From Candidatus Pacearchaeota archaeon (GTDB lineage: Archaea > Nanobdellota > Nanobdellia > Pacearchaeales > GW2011-AR1), in NCBI GenBank assembly GCA_041660485.1, contig JBAZWF010000001.1:410224-474223 (forward strand): a stretch of 64,000 bases of DNA. The letters run 5' to 3'. The first letter of the stretch is position 1. Every line of letters begins with the position of its first letter. Under the pieces are notes generated by a model. It was given only the letters and a program-made list of their open reading frames with translations. It was not told where the DNA came from and did no database searches. Of the stretch, positions 1-8,921 are shown piece by piece. The position numbers and the translations under genes were made by a program.

Positions 1-1831
1 AATTAATTAAGTTAAAGTTTCCTGTAGAAGAATAATAACTGTTTGATGTTCCATCATTTCCAGTATAATCTGTCCAAGTGCTATTATCATTACTTGTTCT
101 AAATTTAAATTTCATTCCATCACCTGAACTATTTCTATTATATCTTGCCAAAACTTCTGCTGCAGACAAAGTTCTATTATAAACTGCAACTTCATCAATT
201 GTTCCATTAAAGAAATGATCTGCAAGAAGAGATGTTCCTGCTCCAATCATTTTAGAATCACTATTATCTACAAAACTATATGCAGTTTCTGCCTGAAGAG
301 TTTGTAACTGCCCATTAACATAAATTTTACTCGTCCCTGTTCCAGTTCCATTTCTAGTATAAACAATATGATTCCATGCATTTAAAGTAACTGCATTATT
401 TGCACTTTCAGCAACCCAGGTATTTATTCCTGAAACAACAACTACATTAGTATGGAAATTTCCTCGCCCAACTTCTAATTGCCATGAACCTGCAGGATTA
501 TTTACTCTTGTTGAATATATTGCTACTCTATTTGTCAAATTTCTCGGATAAATCCAAGCTTCAACAGTTAAATTATTTCCTAAATTTAAACTACTTGAAT
601 GAGTAATATTCAAATAATCATTAATTCCATTAAAACTTATTGCATTTCCATATTTTCCAGAAGCACTATATGTAACTCCTCCAACATCTCTTCCATTATT
701 TCCTCTTCCACTTGAATCATTTAATATTCCACTAGCCTCATTTAAATGCATAAGTAAAACATTTCCATACATATTTACAGAACTATCAGATTGTTGATTA
801 TCTGGTAAAGCTCCTAAACCTTGTGTTAAACCATTCCAAGTAAAATTAGTCCAATTAACAATATTTCCTGCATCTTTAACTTCTGATTCGTATGTCCCAG
901 AAGTTGGTTGTGAAAAACTTTGGCCAGTTGTATTTAACCCTTTTTGATAAAGTGCTAAAATATCAGAGGAATTTAACGCTTTATTCCAAACAGCAACTTC
1001 ATCAATTGTTCCATTTGCAGGATAACCATTTGCAATAGGTGCAGCCTGCCCATCATCATATCCAATTGTCAAATTACCAGTATTATTAACATTTCCAAGA
1101 GCAGGAATTGAAGTATTTGCAACTAAAACCCCGTCCCTATAAAGATAAATTTGCCCTGCACTTCTATCTAAAACCCCCGCAAAATGAAACCAGGTATTAT
1201 AAGAAACATTAACATAAGTAGAATTTCTAATAGAAGCAGCATTTGCAACACCTGCATCATATCTTGTTGTTCCTGCCATAATAAAATTTAATCCAGAACC
1301 TTGTTTAAACCCAAGATAATATCCATTATTTGCAGCAACTCTCTTAGCAACATAAATTTGAAATTCAGAAGCTCCAACAGTTCCATAAACAGATTTTGCC
1401 CAGCCAGTTATTGTGAAATTTCCATTTCCCGGATTTAATTCTTCTCTATTTGATATTCTAATACTATTATTAACTCCATCAAAATTTCCAGCCATACCAA
1501 ATAAACCGTTTGTAGTATTAGCCCCATTTAAAGCAGTTCCATTATTTTTTCCAAGAACATCTTTTACTTCCCCAGCAACACTATTCCAAGAACTTTCATT
1601 TAATCTCCAATAGCTAATTAACCCGTTTTCATTTCCAATCATTTCAGTTCTATTAATATAATTAATTTCTTGAGTAGAAATATTTCCAACTTGTATAAAT
1701 CCTGAAACATTATAAAAAGTATTATTAAAACTGCCTAAAAAATTTCCCTGATTTAAATCAGAAAAATTATAAGCATAAACACCCATTATAAATACTATAA
1801 TCCCAAATATTAAAAATCCTCTTTTTTTCAT
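1..1831 (-). CDS. Secreted LamG / concanavalin-A-like lectin-domain repeat protein (N-terminus complete, C-terminus outside the window)
   Basis: Absent from the ORF track because it runs off the window edge. ATG is the reverse complement of cat at 1829-1831 and gives MKKRGFLIFGIIVFIMGVYA (signal/anchor). Two in-frame LamG_3-type motifs: GTIDEVAVWNKA (codon start 1012) and GTIDEVAVYNRT (codon start 205). Confidence 0.7.
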   Translation of the reverse strand, partial: MKKRGFLIFGIIVFIMGVYAYNFSDLNQGNFLGSFNNTFYNVSGFIQVGNISTQEINYINRTEMIGNENGLISYWRLNESSWNSVAGEVKDVLGKNNGTALNGANTTNGLFGMAGNFDGVNNSIRISNREELNPGNGNFTITGWAKSVYGTVGASEFQIYVAKRVAANNGYYLGFKQGSGLNFIMAGTTRYDAGVANAASIRNSTYVNVSYNTWFHFAGVLDRSAGQIYLYRDGVLVANTSIPALGNVNNTGNLTIGYDDGQAAPIANGYPANGTIDEVAVWNKALNSSDILALYQKGLNTTGQSFSQPTSGTYESEVKDAGNIVNWTNFTWNGLTQGLGALPDNQQSDSSVNMYGNVLLMHLNEASGILNDSSGRGNNGRDVGGVTYSASGKYGNAISFNGINDYLNITHSSSLNLGNNLTVEAWIYPRNLTNRVAIYSTRVNNPAGSWQLEVGRGNFHTNVVVVSGINTWVAESANNAVTLNAWNHIVYTRNGTGTGTSKIYVNGQLQTLQAETAYSFVDNSDSKMIGAGTSLLADHFFNGTIDEVAVYNRTLSAAEVLARYNRNSSGDGMKFKFRTSNDNSTWTDYTGNDGTSNSYYSSTGNFNLIN

Positions 1832-2032
1832 CATTAAAACAAGGAAAATTATGTTTTTAAATATTGTTCTATAAAATTATAGAATAGAAAAAGCAGCTAT
1901 CTCAATACTTCTTTCACATTGTTTTAAATTTCAATAAAATACAAAAGAAATCTTTAAATGTAAATAATCAAAGATTTTTAGAGTTAAAGATTCTCAGAAA
2001 TCTTTAAATATAGAACAAATCTATTAAACTAT

Positions 2033-2812
2033 ATGAAAAGAGCGTTAATAATTATAGGATATATTTTGTTTTTAGGAGTTCTTGTTTCTGCTGCAGCAGT
2101 TAAAATGGAAGTTTCAACTCTTGGAAAAGATAGTTTTCAATCAGGCAGTAATATAACTCTCAAAGTTTCTTTATTTGATGATCAAAATAATCCTATAAAT
2201 TCTGAAGTTAGATTAACTTTTGAAAATGAAGCAAAAACAATGCAAATTCAAAAAATAGTTTCTGCAAATAAATTAATTTCAGTTAATTTAGGTAATAATA
2301 TAACTGGCGGGTATTGGACTATTACCTCCCAATATCTTGAATCACAGGCAAAAACAGGATTTGTAATTGAAACAAATGAAGCAGTTAAGTTTGAAATTAA
2401 TGGAGATGTATTAACAATTACAAATATTGGGAATACAAAATATGAAAAAAAAGTAAATGTAATAATTAGTGATACAGTTGGTTATAAAGAACCAAGTTTA
2501 GATTTAGGAGAAAGTGTAAGTTTTAGATTAATTGCTCCTCCCGGAAGTTATAATATTAAAGTTACAGATGGAAAAACAACAATTAATCGAGCAGGTGTAG
2601 CTCTTACAGGAGAAGTAATAGGAATTTTAGATGAGAGGATTAGTGATAGAATACCTATAACTGGAATTGGCCCTGAAGATTTAAATAAAGGTTCACCAGG
2701 ATTTATTCAAAATAATAAATTTATTTATATTTCAATTCTTGCAATTGTTGGCGCAACAGTTCTTTTAGGAATAGAAAGACATTATAGAAAAAAAGCAAAA
2801 GCTTCTCAATAA
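2033..2812 (+). CDS. Hypothetical cell-surface protein with an N-terminal signal peptide and a C-terminal TM anchor
   Basis: 259-aa ORF. N-terminus MKRALIIIGYILFLGVLVSAAA. C-terminal hydrophobic segment FIYISILAIVGATVLLGI followed by basic RHYRKKAK. Confidence 0.55.
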   Translation: MKRALIIIGYILFLGVLVSAAAVKMEVSTLGKDSFQSGSNITLKVSLFDDQNNPINSEVRLTFENEAKTMQIQKIVSANKLISVNLGNNITGGYWTITSQYLESQAKTGFVIETNEAVKFEINGDVLTITNIGNTKYEKKVNVIISDTVGYKEPSLDLGESVSFRLIAPPGSYNIKVTDGKTTINRAGVALTGEVIGILDERISDRIPITGIGPEDLNKGSPGFIQNNKFIYISILAIVGATVLLGIERHYRKKAKASQ

Positions 2813-2868
2813 AAAAACTCAAATATTATTAAAAATATTATTCTAAAAAAGTTTATAAGAGTAGATAC

Positions 2869-2877
2869 TTTTATAAA
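2869..2877 (+). promoter_or_regulatory. TATA-like box upstream of tRNA-Arg
   Basis: TTTTATAAA centred about 29 nt upstream of tRNA position 1. The same spacing is seen for other tRNAs and leaderless genes in the window. Confidence 0.4.
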
Positions 2878-2901
2878 CAAAACAGTTGAAGTTTAAACTA
2901 T

Positions 2902-3041
2902 GCTCCCGTAGCTCAGCCTGGATAGAGCGCTGGCCTTCTAAGTAAAAAGAACCGAGGGTTCTTCTTACGACATCTCCTTTTTGGAGAGGGCGAAGAAAAG
3001 AAGACAGTCAGAGGTCGCAGGTTCGAATCCTGTCGGGAGCA
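2902..3041 (+). tRNA. tRNA-Arg (anticodon UCU) with a 65-nt intron at 37/38
   Basis: Manual fold: acceptor GCTCCCG/CGGGAGC, D arm GCTC..GAGC, anticodon stem CTGGC/GTCAG, loop CT-TCT-AA, T arm GCAGG-TTCGAAT-CCTGT, discriminator A. Intron is 2941-3005. Confidence 0.85.
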
Positions 3042-3095
3042 TTTATGTTATTATGCTATTGAATGAAATGAAATAGTATAAAATATTCTGATTGA
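3029..3095 (+). repeat. Direct repeat copy 1 (67 nt): last 13 nt of tRNA-Arg plus 54 nt of trailer
   Basis: cctgtcgggagcatttatgttattatgctattgaatgaaatgaaatagtataaaatattctgattga is identical to 3222-3288. Confidence 0.9.
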
Positions 3096-3109
3096 TTCAA
3101 ACTAGAGTT

Positions 3110-3234
3110 CAGGTTCGAATAGTTGGTTTCCAGAGAAAACAACTTGCCAAAATTCTATTAAGAATTTTAAGCACCTTAAATTCTCTAGAATTTAATGGGA
3201 TAGAGAATAAAATTCTCTAGACCTGTCGGGAGCA
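3110..3234 (+). other. Interrupted pseudo-3' segment of tRNA-Arg
   Basis: caggttcgaat (3110-3120, same as the tRNA T-arm 5' half and loop) + 101-nt insert (3121-3221, includes hairpin TTAAATTC-tcta-GAATTTAA at 3176-3195) + cctgtcgggagca (3222-3234). Removing the insert recreates the last 24 nt of the tRNA exactly. Confidence 0.7.
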
Positions 3235-3288
3235 TTTATGTTATTATGCTATTGAATGAAATGAAATAGTATAAAATATTCTGATTGA
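3222..3288 (+). repeat. Direct repeat copy 2 (67 nt) of the tRNA-Arg 3' end plus trailer
   Basis: Perfect match to 3029-3095, offset 193 nt. Confidence 0.9.
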
Positions 3289-3363
3289 ATTCGAACTCAA
3301 GAGCATTTTACTTTAATAATATTTAAAAAATCAATATTCTTTGTTATTTCTTATATTATTAAA

Positions 3364-3627
3364 ATGAAACCTTCAAATAGGATTGAGGCAAGAACAAAAG
3401 TCATGGAAATGGGATTAAGAGAAGATTATATTGCAGGGATTGAAAGAAATATTCGTTCTGCAAATAAAACAATAGAATCAATTACTAAAACTGAAACTTA
3501 TAATGTTATAACTGCTGCAATCCGATACTATTCTTATATATATAACGGCCAATCAGATAATAAGCTATTAATGAGAGCAGCTGACAAAGCTTTAGATATT
3601 TATAGTAGAAAACGCAAAAGAAACTAA
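3364..3627 (+). CDS. Hypothetical protein (87 aa)
   Basis: ORF with plausible composition and no recognisable motif. Lies between the tRNA-Arg repeats and the LAGLIDADG ORF. Confidence 0.35.
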   Translation: MKPSNRIEARTKVMEMGLREDYIAGIERNIRSANKTIESITKTETYNVITAAIRYYSYIYNGQSDNKLLMRAADKALDIYSRKRKRN

Positions 3628-3696
3628 TTAATTATTTATTATATTAAATTAAGGGAATATTTAAATATCAAAAACTAAATGTTTTTATGATTAATT

Positions 3697-4398
3697 ATGG
3701 ACTTATATGAATTAATGGGGTTTATAATTGGCGACGGTAATATTTATTATAGCAATAAATTTCAAGTCTATAGACTAGAATTATGTGGTAATTCTAAAGA
3801 AGATTATGATTATTTTCAAAAAATTTGTACATTTCTTGAAAAAGAAACTAGTAAGAAACCAATAATGTTTATAAGAAAAGAAAAAAAAGGAGAGAGTTTA
3901 AGAATCCAGTTTAATAACAAAAATTTTGTAGATAAATTAATAAATCTTGGATTACCTAAAGGTAAAAAGACTTTTAGCATAAAAATACCCGATAATTTAC
4001 TAAAAGAAGAAATTATGTTTTCTATATTAAAGGGACTATTTGAAGCCGATGGATGCTTATATTTTTCTAAATCAAAGAAATTAGAATATCCCTCTTATCC
4101 AAGAATTGAAATAAAAACTTCTAGTTCTGAATTAGTTCAACAAATTAATAATTTTTTAAATTCTCAAGGTTTTATAACATATATAAAAAATCCGTCTAGT
4201 GATAGAACATTTTCATTAGTATTAAGTGGAGAAAATATGCTTAAAAAATGGATTAATAAAATTGGTTTTGCAGGTCAAAAAAATCTAACTAAATATGAAA
4301 TATGGAAATCGAAAGGGTTTTATATACCTAATACTCCACTAAAAGATAGGTTAAACATGTGCGGGGATGGCACAGCGGCTACTGCGGTCGATTTTTAG
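3697..4398 (+). CDS. Double-motif LAGLIDADG homing endonuclease (free-standing)
   Basis: Two LAGLIDADG motifs: LMGFIIGDGNIY and ILKGLFEADGCLY, about 100 aa apart. The last 38 nt, including the stop, overlap the 5' exon of tRNA-Lys. Confidence 0.85.
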   Translation: MDLYELMGFIIGDGNIYYSNKFQVYRLELCGNSKEDYDYFQKICTFLEKETSKKPIMFIRKEKKGESLRIQFNNKNFVDKLINLGLPKGKKTFSIKIPDNLLKEEIMFSILKGLFEADGCLYFSKSKKLEYPSYPRIEIKTSSSELVQQINNFLNSQGFITYIKNPSSDRTFSLVLSGENMLKKWINKIGFAGQKNLTKYEIWKSKGFYIPNTPLKDRLNMCGDGTAATAVDF

Positions 4399-4491
4399 TA
4401 ACTTATGTTCATAAAGAGCCGAACCTGCAGCTGATGTGTAAGGTGTAAAGTAGTAAGCGACTTTTCCCGGGTTCGAGTCCCGGTCCCCGCT
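4361..4491 (+). tRNA. tRNA-Lys (anticodon UUU) with a 58-nt intron at 37/38
   Basis: 5' exon is exactly 37 nt (GCGGGGA TG GCAC..CTGC G GTCGA TT-TTT-A). 3' exon: A GCGAC TTTTC CCGGG-TTCGAGT-CCCGG TCCCCGC T. Intron is 4398-4455. One A-G mismatch closes the anticodon stem. Confidence 0.8.
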
Positions 4492-4524
4492 TTTCAATTT
4501 ATAAATATATTTCTAGAAATCCCA

Positions 4525-5418
4525 TTAAACATTAATTTTCATCATATCTTCTGCAATAACTGTTTCTTTAAAATATTTTTTTGCAAAAGTTAAAAGCTCT
4601 TTTACATTATTTTCATGTTTCTGGCTAAAATGAGTTAAAACTAATTTTTTAGTTCCAACTCTTTTCGCAATCTGTGCAGCTTGAGTAGCAGTCATATGTT
4701 TATACTCTTTAGCTAAATCCTCTTCATCTAAATAAGTAGATTCACAAATTAACAAATTTGAATCTTTAGCAATTCTATCGATATCAAGATTAGTTTTTGT
4801 ATCGGTAACAATAACTATTTTCTTTCCTTCTTGTTTAAATATTAAATCTTTAGCTTTTATTTTTTTGCCATTTATAGTTATATCTTTTCCTTGTTTCAAA
4901 TTTCCAATAATCGGCCCATTTGGAATTTTAAGTTTCTCTAATTTCTTTTTGTCAATTTTAATTTTATCTTTTTCAATAAATGCATAAGCTAAACATGGAG
5001 CATCATGAATCATTTCTTGAGCAGTAATTTGAAAATCTTCAGTATCTAAAACAATTCCAGAAGAAATTTCTTTTACTTTAATTTTTATTTTTCCAATATG
5101 AACAAAAATTGAAAGTATTTTTTCCATATAATCTCTAGTTCCTTTTGGCCCGTAAATTTCAAGTTCCCTAGGATAATCATTTAATGCAAGAGTTTGTAAT
5201 AATCCAGGAATACCCAAAATATGATCTCCATGCCAATGGCTAATAAAAAGTCTTGTTAATTTGCACGGATTAAGTCCTGCCTTCCTAAACTGCTTCTGTG
5301 TGCCTTCACCACAATCAAAAAGAATATTTTCAGTTTTATATCGTAAAAAAACTGATGGATGATTTCTTCTTACTGTTGGCACAGCACTTCCTGTACCTAA
5401 AAAAACTATTTCTATCAT
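4525..5418 (-). CDS. rnz: Ribonuclease Z (tRNA 3' endonuclease, metallo-beta-lactamase fold)
   Basis: 297 aa, HxHxDH motif ISHWHGDHILG, typical RNase Z length and N-terminus MIEIVFLGTGSAVP. Confidence 0.9.
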   Translation of the reverse strand: MIEIVFLGTGSAVPTVRRNHPSVFLRYKTENILFDCGEGTQKQFRKAGLNPCKLTRLFISHWHGDHILGIPGLLQTLALNDYPRELEIYGPKGTRDYMEKILSIFVHIGKIKIKVKEISSGIVLDTEDFQITAQEMIHDAPCLAYAFIEKDKIKIDKKKLEKLKIPNGPIIGNLKQGKDITINGKKIKAKDLIFKQEGKKIVIVTDTKTNLDIDRIAKDSNLLICESTYLDEEDLAKEYKHMTATQAAQIAKRVGTKKLVLTHFSQKHENNVKELLTFAKKYFKETVIAEDMMKINV

Positions 5419-5534
5419 AAATACATTTACAAATAATTAGTTTAAATAAGTTCCCAAACCATAAGCATAATTCTCATTAGCTCTTAAGACACCAGAAATC
5501 AGGCGCCGTTAAAATAAAAAAGGGCAATTCAAAT

Positions 5535-5789
5535 TTACTTTTTTAAAACCGTAGATGCAGGTGAGATAAATACAATTGTATCTCCTCTAAGGAAAGTCAA
5601 TCCAACATTTCTTTTTATTTCGTTGTTCTGCATTTCCTTGGCATTATCTAAAACCACATTAATGTGGATATCAAATGCTAAAAGAGTTCCAACCAATTGC
5701 TTATCACTCTTAAGCTGCACTAAAATTTCTTTTCCCTTTGAGTTATTCAAAAGGTCAAGTGGTCTATCAATTCCGTTAACCATAAACAA
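5535..5789 (-). CDS. Archaeal Sm-like (LSm/SmAP) protein
   Basis: Sm1/Sm2 signature: VGTLLAFDIHINVVLDNAKE ... LRGDTIVFISP. The start may be the internal M (MVNG). Confidence 0.85.
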   Translation of the reverse strand: MFMVNGIDRPLDLLNNSKGKEILVQLKSDKQLVGTLLAFDIHINVVLDNAKEMQNNEIKRNVGLTFLRGDTIVFISPASTVLKK

Positions 5790-5815
5790 GTTCGCCCAAA
5801 CAACTTTTTAAATGT

Positions 5816-6088
5816 TTGCTTCATATTATAATGAATATGAAAAAATATTGGTTCAAAGCAAAGTATTATGGTTGGGGTTGGTATCCTTCATCCTGGCAAG
5901 GAGGTTTAGTAATGCTAATTTTTATTTTATTAATTATATTCAATGCAATAAGAATTGACAGTCAACAGCATTCAGTTTCAAACTTTCTAATTAATTTTAT
6001 CCCTCAAACAATTTTATTTGCAATTATATTAATAATTATTGCATGGCAAACAGGTGAAATGCCAAAATGGAGATGGGGAAAAAGTTAA
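5816..6088 (+). CDS. Small hypothetical membrane protein
   Basis: 90-aa ORF with two hydrophobic segments. The start is probably the internal MKKYWF. Confidence 0.4.
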   Translation: MLHIIMNMKKYWFKAKYYGWGWYPSSWQGGLVMLIFILLIIFNAIRIDSQQHSVSNFLINFIPQTILFAIILIIIAWQTGEMPKWRWGKS

Positions 6089-6319
6089 TAAACTGATTAT
6101 CAATCAAATAAATATGGCACATGATATTACAACTTATTTTCCAGAACTTGATTTAAATAATCCCGGAGATATATTTGTAGATGATGAAAATGAATGGATA
6201 AAAAGAAATTATCTTCTTGACCAGCCAAATAATTTAAGTGTTGAAATTTTAGCTATTCAATTTGATTAGGCTAATAAAAAGGTATTTAAAGCATCTTTTT
6301 AATAATTTAATATCATAAA

Positions 6320-6685
6320 ATGAAAACCGGAAGAAAAATCTCAGGCGGAAAATACAAAAAGCAGAGAAAAAAGAAAAAGTATGAGCTTGGAGCAGATAAA
6401 AGAGTTGTAAAACTCAAAGAAACAAAGCAAAAAGTTCTTAGAACAATTGGAGGAAACAAAAAAACAGTGCTATTAACTGCAGATGTAATTAATCTTATTG
6501 ATCCAAAAACAAAAAAATCAAAAAAAGTTAAAATAAAGAATGTTATTGAAACTCCTTCAAATCGTTTCCTTGCAAGACAAAATATCCTTACAAAAGGAGC
6601 AATAATAGACACAGAAGCAGGAAAAGCTAGAATAACTAACCGCCCAAGCCAAGAAGGAATGGTTCAGGGAATCTTAATTGAATAA
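6320..6685 (+). CDS. rps8e: 30S ribosomal protein S8e
   Basis: GRKISGGKYKKQRKKKKYELG ... RQNILTKGAIIDTEAGKARITNRPSQEGMVQGILI matches the archaeal S8e pattern. Confidence 0.85.
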   Translation: MKTGRKISGGKYKKQRKKKKYELGADKRVVKLKETKQKVLRTIGGNKKTVLLTADVINLIDPKTKKSKKVKIKNVIETPSNRFLARQNILTKGAIIDTEAGKARITNRPSQEGMVQGILIE

Positions 6686-6703
6686 AACCTAATTTTCTAA
6701 AAA

Positions 6704-6722
6704 TTTTTATCGACGATAAAAA
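6704..6722. terminator. Palindrome/hairpin downstream of rps8e
   Basis: tttttatcg-a-cgataaaaa, 9-bp arms with T-rich flanks, 19 nt after the stop codon. Confidence 0.35.
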
Positions 6723-6812
6723 CAAATTATAATGCAAACATTTAAAAACCCTTCCAGTATATATTTATAAAGGTTCCTAAAGATTTTTAAATAAAATTCT
6801 AAGAAAACAAAA

Positions 6813-7760
6813 ATGTCCTCTAATGTCAAAAGATGCCCGGAATGTAATAGCATTAATTTAACTTATGACGACGAAAAAGGTGAAGTAATCTGTAATGACT
6901 GTGGACTATTAATTGAAGAAAAAATGGTTGATACTGGAGTTGATCTCTCAGGAAAGTTTGATAAATCAGAAAAAAAAGGACGTGGAGGAGCTCCAATGAG
7001 TATGCAGAAGTTCGACAAAGGACTTACCACAAATGTTGGAGAGATTTCTGATATCTATAAACTTGATACTAAACAAACTAGAAAATTTTTAAGATTAAAA
7101 AAATGGCAGGAAAGAGTTTCAACAAGTATTGAAAGAAATTTAAGATTAGCAATGGCAGAACTAAGAAGAGTTGCTTCATATCTAAACTTACCAACAGTTG
7201 TAGGAGATGAAGCTGCAAGAATCTATAACTATGTCCTTCAAAGAGGATTTGTTCGTGGACGTTCAATGGAATCAGTTATAGCTGCCTGTATTTATGCAGC
7301 ATGCCGTTCATATAATATCCCAAGAACACTTGATGAAATTGCACAAGCATCTGACATGGAAAGAAAAGAAATAGGAAGAACCTACCGTTTTATAATTAGA
7401 AGACTTGTAATTAAAGTTACACCAAGTTCGCCAAATGACTATATTTCAAGATTTTCAAGTATTCTTCATCTATCACCTAAAACCCAAAATCACGCTCTTA
7501 AAATTCTTAAAAGAGCAAATGATGAAGAGTTAACATCTGGCAGAGGCCCTGCAGGAATTGCAGCAGCAGCATTATATGTAGCAGCTCTTCTAAATGACGA
7601 GAAAAAAACCCAAAGAGAAGTTGCAGATGTTGCAGGTATAACAGAAGTAACTATTAGAAATCGTTACAAAGAACTTATCGACAAACTCGGCTTAGAAGAC
7701 AAAATGAAACTCAACGAACTTGAAAAAAAGCAGATTTCTAAAGCAGCAAAATCAAAATAA
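6813..7760 (+). CDS. tfb: Transcription initiation factor IIB (TFB)
   Basis: N-terminal Zn ribbon CPECNS..CNDCG and two cyclin-fold repeats (GRSMESVIAACIYAACR; GRGPAGIAAAALYVAA). Confidence 0.92.
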   Translation: MSSNVKRCPECNSINLTYDDEKGEVICNDCGLLIEEKMVDTGVDLSGKFDKSEKKGRGGAPMSMQKFDKGLTTNVGEISDIYKLDTKQTRKFLRLKKWQERVSTSIERNLRLAMAELRRVASYLNLPTVVGDEAARIYNYVLQRGFVRGRSMESVIAACIYAACRSYNIPRTLDEIAQASDMERKEIGRTYRFIIRRLVIKVTPSSPNDYISRFSSILHLSPKTQNHALKILKRANDEELTSGRGPAGIAAAALYVAALLNDEKKTQREVADVAGITEVTIRNRYKELIDKLGLEDKMKLNELEKKQISKAAKSK

Positions 7761-7818
7761 TCTTCCTTCAGTAAATATATTATATTCTTATTAAATTTTA
7801 ACATTGCTTTAAATATCA

Positions 7819-7860
7819 ATTAATAAATTTGCAAGGTTATAATCAAGTATAAATTTTAGA
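7819..7860 (+). repeat. Dispersed ~42-nt AT-rich repeat, copy 1
   Basis: attaataaattt-N-aatcaagtataaattttaga. Related copies at 45827-45868 (minus) and 46315-46359 (plus). The 15-nt core agtataaattttaga is identical in all three. Confidence 0.7.
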
Positions 7861-7886
7861 GTTCACATTTTCTAAAAATATATGAT

Positions 7887-7909
7887 CAATTTTCGCAAAG
7901 CGAAAATTG
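7887..7909. repeat. 23-nt hairpin, copy 1
   Basis: caattttcgc-aaa-gcgaaaattg (10-bp stem). Identical 23-mer at 45937-45959. Confidence 0.8.
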
Positions 7910-8051
7910 CACAAATAAACACACAATAATGATTTATGCTTCGTAAAACCTTCCTTATTCTAACATTAATCTCCTTTTCATGTAATTACTTTAAAGAAGT
8001 TACATACCGAAAGCTTTTTATACCCCTAGCGGATAGTGTCATTAATTGAAA

Positions 8052-8201
8052 ATGGTAACAAAATTAATTGAAATAATAGAACAAGAAAGAATTAAAGAAG
8101 CAACTAACATTGTAAAAACTTTTGATGCATATAATGCAGATACTAAATATAATCTTACTAAACAATATACAGAATTTATTGCAGAAGATTTAAGAATTTA
8201 A
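8052..8201 (+). CDS. Possible small ORF (49 aa) directly upstream of the 8203 gene
   Basis: MVTKLIEIIEQERIKEATNIVKTFDAYNADTKYNLTKQYTEFIAEDLRI. Its stop lies 1 nt before the next ATG. Below the ORF-track size cutoff. Confidence 0.3.
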   Translation: MVTKLIEIIEQERIKEATNIVKTFDAYNADTKYNLTKQYTEFIAEDLRI

Positions 8202-8202
8202 A

Positions 8203-8859
8203 ATGAACCAAAAATTAAATACTATTATAGCATCATTTCTTATATTCACAATTCTAATTAATTTTGCATCTGCAGAAATAATCTGGTCAATTCCTACAGG
8301 AGTTTCTTTTAATATTATTACTGCTTCAGACTTAATAATTAACATAATAAGCCCAACATCAAAGGTTTATACAACAAAAACAATTCCAATTGAAATTGAT
8401 ACAAATATGGACTCACAATGTTCATATAGTATTGATAGTGGTGCAGCAGTAAGTCTTGGGAACGGAACATACTTTAAACAAAACATTGTTGTTGCAAACG
8501 GAAATCACAATCTTAAAGTTTATTGTAAAGCAGGAAATATAGAAAAAACAGCAAATGTAACTTTTACAGTAAATTGTAAAAATAAAACTACAAACCATAC
8601 AACAATTTATGATGATTTATCTTATGGAGATAATACTACTCCAATATATGGAGAATGGAGCTGTCTTGCAAATCAAATGCAAAGAACAGTAACAACAAAT
8701 AATGTTCAAACAATAGAATATGGTGGAGTCTGTGGAGTTAATATAGGCGCTTCAGAAAGAACAGAAAAAGCTTCATGGCTTTGGATTCTTCCATTAATAC
8801 TTATACTTTTAATATTAATTTTGTTGGTTCTAATTACTTTAGTAATTGTAAGAAAGTAA
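8203..8859 (+). CDS. Hypothetical cell-surface protein (signal peptide plus C-terminal TM anchor)
   Basis: N-terminus IIASFLIFTILINFASA. C-terminus WLWILPLILILLILILLVLITLVIVRK. Several N-x-T sequons. Confidence 0.55.
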   Translation: MNQKLNTIIASFLIFTILINFASAEIIWSIPTGVSFNIITASDLIINIISPTSKVYTTKTIPIEIDTNMDSQCSYSIDSGAAVSLGNGTYFKQNIVVANGNHNLKVYCKAGNIEKTANVTFTVNCKNKTTNHTTIYDDLSYGDNTTPIYGEWSCLANQMQRTVTTNNVQTIEYGGVCGVNIGASERTEKASWLWILPLILILLILILLVLITLVIVRK

Positions 8860-8888
8860 TAAATTATAACTATTCTCAAAAGCAGATA

Positions 8889-8898
8889 CTTTTTTAAG
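8889..8898 (+). promoter_or_regulatory. TATA-like box upstream of tRNA-Leu
   Basis: cttttttaag centred about 28 nt upstream of tRNA position 1. Confidence 0.35.
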
Positions 8899-8921
8899 TG
8901 TGACAATTTTATTTCTTTTAT

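Noticed and set aside
3042-3095. C/D-box sRNA in the duplicated tRNA-Arg trailer (gaatgaaatgaaat ... ctgattga)
   Set aside because: A CUGA D-box-like tetramer is present, but the candidate C box (AUGAAAU/AAUGAAA) lacks the UGAUGA core, and there is no D'/C' pair or terminal stem. Not supportable by eye.
6039-6269. 76-aa ORF overlapping the end of 5816-6088
   Set aside because: The first third overlaps the better-supported membrane ORF in another frame. A shorter version from ATG 6114 (MAHDITTYF..., 51 aa) is possible but has no supporting motif. Left uncalled.
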